From positions 1-40,975 of the forward strand of contig DASURX010000135.1 of assembly GCA_036375355.1 (NCBI GenBank): a stretch of 40,975 nt of DNA, given 5' to 3'. The stretch is from Candidatus Limnocylindria bacterium. GTDB lineage: Bacteria > Chloroflexota > Limnocylindria > QHBO01. This document shows positions 31,155 through 39,369 of this stretch, piece after piece. The position numbers were made by a program, and so were the translations under genes. Under the pieces are notes generated by a model that was not told where the DNA came from, did not search any database, and saw only the letters and a program-made list of their open reading frames with translations. Within the stretch, counting starts at the first letter, position 1, and each line of letters begins with the position of its first letter.

Positions 31155-32161
31155 GGACCGAGGGGATCGCGGCCGACGCGATCCGTCCCGTGATCGAGGG
31201 GCTCCGCCTGCGGCCATGCTCTCCGCCCGACGGCGAGGCGCTTAGCCGGCTGTACAACGCCATGGACGCCGCGGACGGCGTCCCGTGGCGCGCGACAGGC
31301 GCGGAGGTCGAGAACTGGCTGGGCCACGCGCGCGACGCGTTCGACGCGCGGCGCGACATGGTGATCGTGGAGCGCGACGGTGCGCTGCTGGCGGAGGGCC
31401 ATGTCGAGTGGGTCGACACCACCGACGCCCTGCGGGAATACCGCATCGGCGTCGCCGTGCACCCCGACTGGCAGCGGCGGGGCATCGGACGCTGGCTGCT
31501 GCGCATGGCCGAGGAGCATGCCCTGCAGCTTGCCCGTTCCCACCCTTCCGAGCGGCCGGGCGTCTTCGGCGCGTGGCTGCCGGAGACGCGTGCCGCCCAG
31601 CGACGCCTCCTCGAGGAGGAGGGCTATCGGCCCGCGCGCTGGTTTATCGAGATGGTTCGCCCCTCGCTGGACGATCTGGGGGAGCTCCCCACCCTTCCGG
31701 CCGGGCTGGAGCTGCGGCCGGTGGGCGATGATGATCTCCGGCGGCTCTGGGACGCCGATGTCGAGGCCTTCCAGGATCACTGGGGCGGATTCGACGGATC
31801 CGAGGCGCGCTTCCGCGAGTGGGTCAGCGACCCGAAGTTCGACCCGTCGCTGTTCGTCGTGGCGTGGGACGGCGAGGAGATCGCCGGGGGCGTCACGAAC
31901 GAGATCAACGTCGCCGAGAACGAGGCGTTCGGCCGCCGCCGCGGCTGGCTGGCATCGGTCTTCGTGCGCCGCCCATGGCGCCGCCGCGGATTGGCGCGCA
32001 CTCTCGTGATCCATTCGTTGGCACGCGTTCGCGACGCCGGAATGACGAGCGCCGGGCTCGGGGTCGACGCGGACAACCCCAACGGGGCGCTGCGCCTCTA
32101 CGAGGAGACCGGGTTCACGCCGGAGTTCCGTTCGCTGGCCGTACGCAAGCCGCTGCCCTGA
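31151..32161 (+). CDS. Two-domain GNAT acetyltransferase, MshD-like, copy 2 (tandem paralog)
   Basis: Its ATGA overlaps copy 1. It is collinear with copy 1, with cores VAVHPDWQRRGIGRWLL and VFVRRPWRRRGLARTLV...GVDADNPNGALRLYEETGF. Confidence 0.8.
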   Translation: MRTEGIAADAIRPVIEGLRLRPCSPPDGEALSRLYNAMDAADGVPWRATGAEVENWLGHARDAFDARRDMVIVERDGALLAEGHVEWVDTTDALREYRIGVAVHPDWQRRGIGRWLLRMAEEHALQLARSHPSERPGVFGAWLPETRAAQRRLLEEEGYRPARWFIEMVRPSLDDLGELPTLPAGLELRPVGDDDLRRLWDADVEAFQDHWGGFDGSEARFREWVSDPKFDPSLFVVAWDGEEIAGGVTNEINVAENEAFGRRRGWLASVFVRRPWRRRGLARTLVIHSLARVRDAGMTSAGLGVDADNPNGALRLYEETGFTPEFRSLAVRKPLP

Positions 32162-32164
32162 GGC

Positions 32165-33418
32165 CTACCGCCGCTCGGCGAGCACGCGGCCACGGACCTC
32201 GTGATAGAAGTCGATGATCTGTCCGGTCACGTGTTCCCAGTCGTACTCGGGCGCGCGTGCCCGGCCGGCCTCTCCCATCTGGTGGCGCAGCTCGGCATCG
32301 GTCGCCAGCTTGTAGAGCGCGGCGGCCAGGGCGCGGTGATTGCGCGGCTCGACCAGCAGGCCCTGCACCCCACGCTGCATGACGTTCTTGTAGCCGTGGA
32401 TGTCGGAGGCGACGATCGGGACGCCGGCGGCCATGGCCTCCAGCAGCACGATCCCGAACGACTCCTGGCCGGTCGCCGGTGAGCAGAAGATGTCGGCCGA
32501 GGCGAAGTAGCGCGCCTTGGCCTCGTCGCTGACCCGGCCCAGCCACTCCACGTCGCGGATCTGGCGCAGCCCGACGTAGCGGCGGTACTCGCGCGCCTTC
32601 GGACCTGAGCCGATCACCAGCAGGCGTGCGTCGACGTGCCGCTTTCGCAGCCGGTTGTAGGCCTTGATCAGGTGGATCAGCCCCTTGCGCTCCTCGAAGC
32701 GGCCGACGAAGAGGATGTTGATGGTGCCGTCACGGAGCTCCTCGAACGGCTCGGCATCGGCGTATCGATCCAGGTCCACCCCGTTGGGGATGATCCGGTA
32801 GTCGCCGGGGAAATAGCGGCTGATGAAGTGCCGCGCCGCACCGCTGACGGCGATGCGCCCGTCGAGCTTCTCGACCAGGTGGTGGGCGAAGCGCCTGCCG
32901 ATCCAGTAGGACGGGCTGAAGCCACCGAAGGCGTGAAAGGTGCCGATGTTGACCGTCTCCGACTGGTCGAGGACGGTCGGCGACAGGAAGGGCACCAGCG
33001 GCTCGTGGAAGTGCAGGACGTCGAAGCGCTGCTCGGCCAGCAGCTGGCGGGCGCGCTGCTTGAAGCGCCAGGACAGGGTGACGCGGCCCATGCTGCCGTT
33101 GGTGGGGAAGGCGAATCCGGTGCCCAGCCGGATGATGTGCCCCTCGCTCTCGCGCTCCTTGCCGTACTTGCTGGTGATGATCCAGACGTCGTGGCCCATG
33201 CTGGCCATGGCCTCGTACGTGAAGCGGACGTGCTCGTTGACCCCGCCCGGATGCGGGTAGCCGTAGGGGCTGACGATCCCGATCTTCAGCGGTGGCCGCT
33301 GGTCCGGAGGATGGACCGATGGAGTGGCCGGCGCCCGTTCCACGCCGGCGGCCGGCGCCGTGGACTCGATCTGGGTCACGTGCCCGAGTATGACCGATGG
33401 GCCGGCCGGCGTCGCCAC
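32165..33418 (-). CDS. pimA: GT4 family glycosyltransferase, PimA-like (phosphatidylinositol mannosyltransferase), with an N-terminal extension of about 45 aa
   Basis: The translation reads LKIGIVSPYGYPHPGGVNEHV...ESFGIVLLEAMAAGVPIVASD (EX7E). It is the last gene of the PI operon. The symbol is tentative. Confidence 0.75.
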   Translation of the reverse strand: MATPAGPSVILGHVTQIESTAPAAGVERAPATPSVHPPDQRPPLKIGIVSPYGYPHPGGVNEHVRFTYEAMASMGHDVWIITSKYGKERESEGHIIRLGTGFAFPTNGSMGRVTLSWRFKQRARQLLAEQRFDVLHFHEPLVPFLSPTVLDQSETVNIGTFHAFGGFSPSYWIGRRFAHHLVEKLDGRIAVSGAARHFISRYFPGDYRIIPNGVDLDRYADAEPFEELRDGTINILFVGRFEERKGLIHLIKAYNRLRKRHVDARLLVIGSGPKAREYRRYVGLRQIRDVEWLGRVSDEAKARYFASADIFCSPATGQESFGIVLLEAMAAGVPIVASDIHGYKNVMQRGVQGLLVEPRNHRALAAALYKLATDAELRHQMGEAGRARAPEYDWEHVTGQIIDFYHEVRGRVLAERR

Positions 33419-33446
33419 CCCGCGCTCCGCCGGCGCGGCGGTGCGC

Positions 33447-34166
33447 TCACCGCCACTCCTCGTTGCCCGGGCGAAGGGTGTGCCACAGGTGACGCAGCTT
33501 GGCGTGCAGCTGGTGGCGGTAGACGTCGACGTTGTGCGCGCTCGACCAGTGCGCCCCCTCGGCGGTCACGGTCGCCGCCTCGATCGCGGCGCGGTAGTCG
33601 GCGGCGGTGGCCCCGGGGAAGCTCGTGTACCCGGTCCCGATGTGGCGCAGCAGGTGCCCGTCGGAGTTGCCCACGCCGGGCAGCCCCAGCTCGGCGGCGT
33701 TGAGGTCGAGCCGTGCCCCGTGCCGCACCCGGCCGGCGTAGCTCGGGTTGAACAGCTCGAGCGCGTCGAAGTAGACATCGCGATGCTCGTGGTCACGCAC
33801 CCGCAGCAGGCTGCGCCGGCCGACGCTCAGCGGCAGCGGGGCGAGGGGATGCGCCGCGATGGCGATCCCGCCCTGGGCGTGGATGGCGTGCAGCGTCTCC
33901 TCCAGCGGCCGCAGGGCGGGCAGCCGATGGCCGACGAACAACGCCAAGACGTGGCCGCGACGGGTGGTCACCTCCTCGCCGACGACGAGGTCGAACGAGT
34001 AGTCGCCGGCGGCATGGATCTCGGCCGCCCGCAGCGCACCGTCGATCCGCTCATGGTCGGTGATGGCCACCACGTCGAGCTCGGTCTCGCGCTCCACCCA
34101 GTCCAGGATCTGGCGCACGCTGGCGGTGCCGTCCGAGTAGAGCGAGTGCAGGTGCATGTCGGCCAT
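33447..34166 (-). CDS. PHP-domain metal-dependent phosphoesterase
   Basis: The start is ATG 34166. The translation reads MADMHLHSLYSDGTASV...VVAITDHERIDG...IAIAAHP...GNSDGH, matching the PHP His/Asp motifs. Confidence 0.85.
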   Translation of the reverse strand: MADMHLHSLYSDGTASVRQILDWVERETELDVVAITDHERIDGALRAAEIHAAGDYSFDLVVGEEVTTRRGHVLALFVGHRLPALRPLEETLHAIHAQGGIAIAAHPLAPLPLSVGRRSLLRVRDHEHRDVYFDALELFNPSYAGRVRHGARLDLNAAELGLPGVGNSDGHLLRHIGTGYTSFPGATAADYRAAIEAATVTAEGAHWSSAHNVDVYRHQLHAKLRHLWHTLRPGNEEWR

Positions 34167-34222
34167 GCCCCGATCGCCGCCGCGCCGGGGCCGCCGTCCG
34201 TGGTGACGGGCCGGTGAGACGG

Positions 34223-35128
34223 TCACGCGTCGCCGCGCTGGTCGAGCCAGATCGGCTGGAAGGCTCCGAACCACTGCTCGGGCGTCTCGGCGATCACGGC
34301 CTCGAAGCGCTGGACCATGGCTCGCGTCAGGGCCGCCGCGTCCGCCTGGCGGTCGCCGCTGCGCTCGGCCGAGACCGGCCAGGCCGTGGCGGAGAATCGG
34401 TCCGGCCCGACGCGCACCGCGCGCGCGACCAGCAGCGGACGTCCGGTGCGCAGCGCCAGGACGGCCGGACCCAGCGGGACGGTGGTCTCGTGGCCGAACA
34501 GCTCGACGCGCATCCCGTCGCCGGCCAGGTCCCGGTCCGCGGCGAGGGCCACCACCTGGCCATCGCGCAGCGCCGCGAGCATCGGCCTCATCGATTCGGA
34601 GAGCGGGACAAGGCGGATGCCGCGGCCGCCGACGATGCGTCGTTGCAGCAGGAAGCGATACAGCTCCTTCGGCTCGGTCTCCTCCACGGGAGCCACGCCG
34701 GCGATGCCGTGCGACGCGATGAAGTGGCCGAACGGCTCGAAGTTGCCCAGGTGCGGGACGGCGACGACGCATCCGGAGCGGAGGATCGGGGCGAGGGCTT
34801 CCCAGCCCTCGGCCTCGAGCATGGCGTCGATGCGGGACTCGGAGTAGTGGTGGACGCGGAGGACCTCCAGCCAGTAGCGGGCGTGCTCCACGAACGCGGT
34901 GCGCACCAGGCGGCGGAACGCCGGGCCGTCGGTCGGGCGGCCGGTGGCCGCGCACACCCTGGCCAGGTTGGCTTCGACGACGCGGCGGCGTGCCGGCGAC
35001 CATCGGTGCCATGCCCGCCCGCCCAGGTCGGCCAGCGCATAGGCGGCGCGTGAGGGCAGCATCGCGGCGGTCGCATCGGCCAGGCGCAGCAGCAGGGGCA
35101 GGCCGATTCGTCGCAGCAGCCCGGACAT
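34223..35128 (-). CDS. HtrB/LpxL-family lipid acyltransferase (PatA-like), paralog A
   Basis: The start is ATG 35128. The HX4E box is VPHLGNFEP. A conserved VELFGHETTVPLGPAVLALRTGRPLL block is present. Confidence 0.85.
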   Translation of the reverse strand: MSGLLRRIGLPLLLRLADATAAMLPSRAAYALADLGGRAWHRWSPARRRVVEANLARVCAATGRPTDGPAFRRLVRTAFVEHARYWLEVLRVHHYSESRIDAMLEAEGWEALAPILRSGCVVAVPHLGNFEPFGHFIASHGIAGVAPVEETEPKELYRFLLQRRIVGGRGIRLVPLSESMRPMLAALRDGQVVALAADRDLAGDGMRVELFGHETTVPLGPAVLALRTGRPLLVARAVRVGPDRFSATAWPVSAERSGDRQADAAALTRAMVQRFEAVIAETPEQWFGAFQPIWLDQRGDA

Positions 35129-35132
35129 CGGC

Positions 35133-36158
35133 TCAGGCGGTGACCTTCGTCCAGTCCTCGCCACGCCGCGCGGCGTCGAGCGCGGCGCGCGCCTGCGCGC
35201 GGTCGTCGTCGGTCTGGGGCCAGATCGGGCGGAACATGTACCACTGTCCGGGATCGGCGGCGACGACCCGGCCGAGCTCGTCGGCCAGCTGCTGGGTGGC
35301 GCGGTACAGCTCGGCGGGGGAATCGTCCACAGCCACGATGAGCGGTAGCCCCTCGGCACGGAAGCGCTCGCCGCGCGTCCGCTGCGCGGCCACGGGGAGC
35401 ATCGGCGCCCCCGAGCGCGCCGACAGCGCGGCGGGTCCCGGCGGGAAGGTGGTCGGCTCGCCCAGGAACTCGACCGGGACGTCGCCTCGGCGATAGCCGC
35501 CGTCACAGAACAGGACGAGGTTCCCGCGCGCCCGCAGGGCGCGGATCAGCGCTCGCAGGCGGCGCCAGCCGATGAGCATCAAACCGTGGCGCGCACGCAC
35601 CGCCTTGAGGTGCTCGTACAGGCGCCCGTAGGTCGTGTCGTCGGCGACGACGTGCATCTCCTGCCCGTGCAGCGCCAGCGCCGGGGCGATGAGGTCCATG
35701 CCGCCGACGTGCACGGTGCACAGCAGCACGCCGTTGCCGGACGCCTGCGCCTCCCACAGCAGCTCGATGTTCACGATGTCGACCAGGCCGCCGACCTCCT
35801 GGGGCGTGGTATCGGCCAGGCGCATCACGTCGACCAGGTAGCGCGCGTAGTTGCGGAACGCGCGCCGCGCGGCGCGGGCGACCTTCGGATGGTCCGGCGG
35901 CAGCCCCATCGGCCGCGACAGGTTCTCGCGAACCAGCTGCGCCTTGTCGCGGGCCAGGTCGTAGCCTGCGTTGCCCGCGGCCGCCGCGATCGGCAGCACC
36001 AGGCGGCGCGGGAGGGCCGAGATCACGCGCTCGGCGCTGCGATACCCCCAGAAGGCGAACACCTCCCTGCGGCGCTCGCCCTCGGTCGCGGGCTGGGCGG
36101 GCGCGGCCGGCACCGCCAGCGGCGGCTCGGCGACGCGGGCCGGCTGGCCGGCGGTCAT
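35133..36158 (-). CDS. HtrB/LpxL-family lipid acyltransferase, paralog B
   Basis: The start is ATG 36158, preceded by GGAGGGG. The HX4D box is TVHVGGMD. A conserved VEFLGEPTTFPPGPAALSARSGAPML block is present. Confidence 0.85.
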   Translation of the reverse strand: MTAGQPARVAEPPLAVPAAPAQPATEGERRREVFAFWGYRSAERVISALPRRLVLPIAAAAGNAGYDLARDKAQLVRENLSRPMGLPPDHPKVARAARRAFRNYARYLVDVMRLADTTPQEVGGLVDIVNIELLWEAQASGNGVLLCTVHVGGMDLIAPALALHGQEMHVVADDTTYGRLYEHLKAVRARHGLMLIGWRRLRALIRALRARGNLVLFCDGGYRRGDVPVEFLGEPTTFPPGPAALSARSGAPMLPVAAQRTRGERFRAEGLPLIVAVDDSPAELYRATQQLADELGRVVAADPGQWYMFRPIWPQTDDDRAQARAALDAARRGEDWTKVTA

Positions 36159-36184
36159 GCCGTCAGCCCCTCCGCGGACAACGC

Positions 36185-37399
36185 TCAGCGCGCTGCTGCC
36201 GCCGCCTTCGCGCCGGCGACCTTGCGGGTCGTCTTGCGCTGCGGCGTCTCCGTCCCCACCAGGGTCTCGTTGTCGTCGCCGCGGATGAAGGCCTCGACCC
36301 GCTCGCGCGCCACGTCGTCGTGGATCTGGATCGGCGGGGACTTCATGAAGTACGACGACGGGCCGACCAGGGTGCCCTTCAGGCCGCGGTCCAGGCCCAG
36401 CTTCAGGCAGCGGATGGCATCGGTGATGACGCCGGCGCTGTTGGGCGAGTCCCAGACCTCCAGCTTCAGCTCCAGGTTCAGCGGCACGTCGCCGTAGGTC
36501 GTGCCCTCCATGCGGATGTGGCACCACTTGCGGTCCTTCAGCCAGGGCACGTAGTCGGATGGCCCGACGTGGATGTCGTCATCGGCGATCTCGTAGTCGA
36601 TCATCGAGGTCACGGCGTTGGTCTTCGAGATCTTCTTCGACTCCAGCCGCTCGCGCTCGAGCATGTTCAGGAAGTCGGTGTTGCCCCCGAAGTTGAGCTG
36701 ATAGGTGCGGTCGATGCGGACGCCGCGGTCCATGAACAGCCGCGTCAGGACCCGATGGGTGATGGTGGCGCCCACCTGCGACTTGATGTCGTCGCCGATG
36801 ATCGGCAGCCCGGCCTCGGCGAAGCGCCGCTGCCAGTAAGGCTCACGGCCGATGAAGACCGGGATGGCGTTGATGAAGCCCACGCCCGCCTGCAGCGCCT
36901 GCTCGACATACCACTTGGTAGCCTCCTCGCTGCCGACCGGCAGGTAGCTGACCATGACGTCGACGTTGCGCTCGCGGAGGATGCCGACCACGTCGGCCGT
37001 GGGGCCGGGTGCCTTCTCGATGATCTGGGAGAGGTACTTGCCCAGCCCGTCGTGGGTCATGCCGCGCTCGACCGTCACGCCGGTGTGCGGCACGTCCGCG
37101 AACTTGAAGGTGTTGTTCTGCCCCGAGAAGACCGCCTCCGACAGGTCCTTGCCGACCTTCTCCTTGTCGACGTCGAACGCGGCCACGAACTCGATGTCCC
37201 GGATGTGGTATCCGCCCAGGTTGACGTGCATCAGCCCCGGGATGAAGTCGCCCTGCTTCGCGTCCTGGTAGTAGTAGCGACCCTGGACCAGGCTCGAGGC
37301 GCAGTTGCCCACGCCCACGATCGCCACCCGGATCTTGCCGTCCGACGGCCGCTTGCCGTTGGTCGCGCTCTTGCCGTTGCCGTTAGCCACGCTCTCCAT
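36185..37399 (-). CDS. ino1: myo-Inositol-1-phosphate synthase
   Basis: The start is ATG 37399, preceded by AAGGGAGA. The N-terminal motif reads [23 protein letters not shown]. The protein is about 404 aa. Confidence 0.92.
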   Translation of the reverse strand: MESVANGNGKSATNGKRPSDGKIRVAIVGVGNCASSLVQGRYYYQDAKQGDFIPGLMHVNLGGYHIRDIEFVAAFDVDKEKVGKDLSEAVFSGQNNTFKFADVPHTGVTVERGMTHDGLGKYLSQIIEKAPGPTADVVGILRERNVDVMVSYLPVGSEEATKWYVEQALQAGVGFINAIPVFIGREPYWQRRFAEAGLPIIGDDIKSQVGATITHRVLTRLFMDRGVRIDRTYQLNFGGNTDFLNMLERERLESKKISKTNAVTSMIDYEIADDDIHVGPSDYVPWLKDRKWCHIRMEGTTYGDVPLNLELKLEVWDSPNSAGVITDAIRCLKLGLDRGLKGTLVGPSSYFMKSPPIQIHDDVARERVEAFIRGDDNETLVGTETPQRKTTRKVAGAKAAAAAR

Positions 37400-38084
37400 T
37401 CTCCCTTGTCGTGTCGTCCGCCGCCGGCAGCGCAACAACCGCGCTGAGCCGATGGACATGCCAGATCCGCTGCACCGTGGTGATCGTCGCCAGGGTGGCC
37501 ACGATCGCCAGTGCTCCAATGAGACCGATCTCGAGGCCGAGCCCCGCCAGCGCGATGCCGGCGATGACCAGGACCAGCCGCTCCATGCGCGGCGCCAGCC
37601 CGACCGCTGCCGTCAGTCCGATGCCCTCGGCGCGGGCGCGGGTGTAGCTGACCAGGAACGAGCCGATGAGCGCCAGGATTGCCAGCAGCACCGGCAGCCT
37701 CGCGTCCCCCGCGCGCTGCAGGAAGTACGCCACCACGCCGCCGAACAGGACCGCCTCCGCGGCGCGGTCCAGCGTCGAGTCCAGGAAGCTGCCGAAGGTG
37801 GTGGTGCCCCCCGTCGCGCGTGCCAGCGCGCCGTCGACGGCGTCCAGCAGGGATCCCGCGGTCAGCAGCGCGGCGCCGGCGAGCAGGTTGCCCGTGCCGA
37901 CCAGCACCGAGGCCACGACCACGATGCAGAAGCCGATGACCGTGACCGTGTTCGCCGTCAGGTGGAGTCGCACCGCCAGCCGCACGACCGGGGCGAGCAC
38001 CGCGCGGCCGGTCTGCTTGACGCGCTCCGAGAGGAGCGAATCGCCGCGGCGCAGGTCGCGCGCCCGCGAGTGGCTAGCCGACAT
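37383..38084 (-). CDS. pgsA: CDP-alcohol phosphatidyltransferase, phosphatidylinositol-phosphate synthase-like
   Basis: It carries the motif [27 protein letters not shown] (DX2DGX2ARX8GX3DX3D). It is multi-TM and adjacent to ino1. Confidence 0.85.
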   Translation of the reverse strand: MSASHSRARDLRRGDSLLSERVKQTGRAVLAPVVRLAVRLHLTANTVTVIGFCIVVVASVLVGTGNLLAGAALLTAGSLLDAVDGALARATGGTTTFGSFLDSTLDRAAEAVLFGGVVAYFLQRAGDARLPVLLAILALIGSFLVSYTRARAEGIGLTAAVGLAPRMERLVLVIAGIALAGLGLEIGLIGALAIVATLATITTVQRIWHVHRLSAVVALPAADDTTRENGERG

Positions 38085-38436
38085 CGGGCAGCTCCCCGTG
38101 TCCGCCGCTCGTCGCGCGGGCGATGCCGGCGGTGCCGCCGACGACGCGCGCCTCCGCCTCGTGCAGCTCCTCGAAGGCGGCGGTGCGCAACCGGCAGATC
38201 ACCGCGCGCCCCTGCCGCCGCGTCTCGATCAGGCCGGCAAGGCGCAGGATGCGCAGGTGCCAGCTGATGAGCGGCTGCGAGAGCCCGACGTTGGTGGAGA
38301 GGGCATTGACCGGCATCGGCCCCAGCTCGGCCAGGAGGCCGATGATGCGCAGCCGGGTCTCGTCGCCGAGGGCCCGGTACAGGGTCCGCAGCCGGCGCAG
38401 GTCGCGCTCGCCGCTCGGTTCGCGAAGCATCGCCAT
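38074..38436 (-). CDS. ArsR/SmtB family transcriptional regulator. The ORF-track TTG start at 38457 is less likely.
   Basis: The wHTH reads LGDETRLRIIGLLAELGPMPVNALSTNVGLSQPLISWHLRILRLAGLI. No canonical metal-binding Cys motif is present. It overlaps the next gene by 11 nt. Confidence 0.85.
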   Translation of the reverse strand: MAMLREPSGERDLRRLRTLYRALGDETRLRIIGLLAELGPMPVNALSTNVGLSQPLISWHLRILRLAGLIETRRQGRAVICRLRTAAFEELHEAEARVVGGTAGIARATSGGHGELPDVG

Positions 38437-38451
38437 AGCAAAGGGATCGTT

Positions 38452-38490
38452 TATCAAATGCTCATTGATATAAGCGGACCCTTATGATAT
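38452..38490. promoter_or_regulatory. Divergent control region with two inverted repeats: TATCAA-N7-TTGATA and ATAAG-N6-CTTAT
   Basis: Arms are at 38452-38457/38465-38470 and 38470-38474/38481-38485. This is the most AT-rich spot of the window and lies 16 nt upstream of the arsR ATG. Confidence 0.5.
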
Positions 38491-38518
38491 GGGCCGGTGC
38501 GAGGGGCGTCAAGCCCGA

Positions 38519-38527
38519 TGCTAGACT
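38519..38527 (+). promoter_or_regulatory. Extended -10 promoter element TGCTAGACT, second copy
   Basis: It lies within the 16-mer CCGATGCTAGACTCCG, which is identical to 3732-3747. Confidence 0.4.
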
Positions 38528-38568
38528 CCGGCCCGCCGGCACCCAGCACGCCCGACCGGAGGTGAGTT

Positions 38569-39369
38569 CTGACCAGCTCGACGCCTGACGCGCTGTGGTC
38601 CTCGCGCTCCGTCCAGCTGCTGCGCCCAGCCGCCATCGAGGTCCGCGGGCTGCGCCGCTCGGCCGGCGGTCGCCCGTTGCTCGACGGCCTGGACCTCACG
38701 GTCGGAGTCGGCACCAGGCTGCTGGTGGTATCCGAGCCCGAGGGCTCGGCCTCGCTCCTGCTGCGGGTCCTGGCCGGGCTTGCGCGGCCGTCGTCCGGGA
38801 CGCTGCGACTGGCCGGGCTGGCGCGCGGCGACGACAGCGCGGCCGGCTGGGCGCGGCGCGTCTCGTACGCCGGCTCGGACCAGGCGCTCTACCCCTGGAT
38901 GTCTGCCCGCGAGGTGCTCGAGCTCGCCCTCAGGCTGGCGGGCCACGAGGCGGAGGAGCGCGATGCGCGCATGGAAGCGGTCGTGAACCGCTTCCACCTC
39001 CGCGGTGAGCTGGATCAGCCATTCAGCCGCAGCGGACCGCAGGTCGCGCAGCGCACCCTGCTGGCGGCGGCACTGATCGGCGAGCCGGAGATCGTCCTCC
39101 TCGACGACCCGCTGCGCTCCCTCGAGCCCAACGAGCGCGCCAGGCTGCTGCACCTGCCGGGCAAGCGACGCACGCTGCTGCTCGCCAGCCGCTACCCGGC
39201 CTCGGAGGCCGGCCTCGTCACCCGCGTGGCGCTCCTGCGACACGGCCGCTTGGCGCTGGACGCCCCGATCGAGGAGCTCGAGCGCCACGGCCTGCCCCTC
39301 TCGGCGCGGGGCATCAGCGCGCTCGCGGATCTCGCCGATACGGCAGCGGCGCTCGCGCCGCCGGCATGA
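38569..39369 (+). CDS. ABC-ATPase-fold protein with degenerate catalytic motifs. The start is uncertain: CTG 38569 or TTG 38677.
   Basis: In place of Walker A it has SEPEGSAS, and in place of LSGGQ it has SRSGPQ. Walker B is IVLLDDP, with no catalytic Glu. The conserved first strand AIEVRGL lies upstream of the first canonical start. Confidence 0.65.
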   Translation: MTSSTPDALWSSRSVQLLRPAAIEVRGLRRSAGGRPLLDGLDLTVGVGTRLLVVSEPEGSASLLLRVLAGLARPSSGTLRLAGLARGDDSAAGWARRVSYAGSDQALYPWMSAREVLELALRLAGHEAEERDARMEAVVNRFHLRGELDQPFSRSGPQVAQRTLLAAALIGEPEIVLLDDPLRSLEPNERARLLHLPGKRRTLLLASRYPASEAGLVTRVALLRHGRLALDAPIEELERHGLPLSARGISALADLADTAAALAPPA

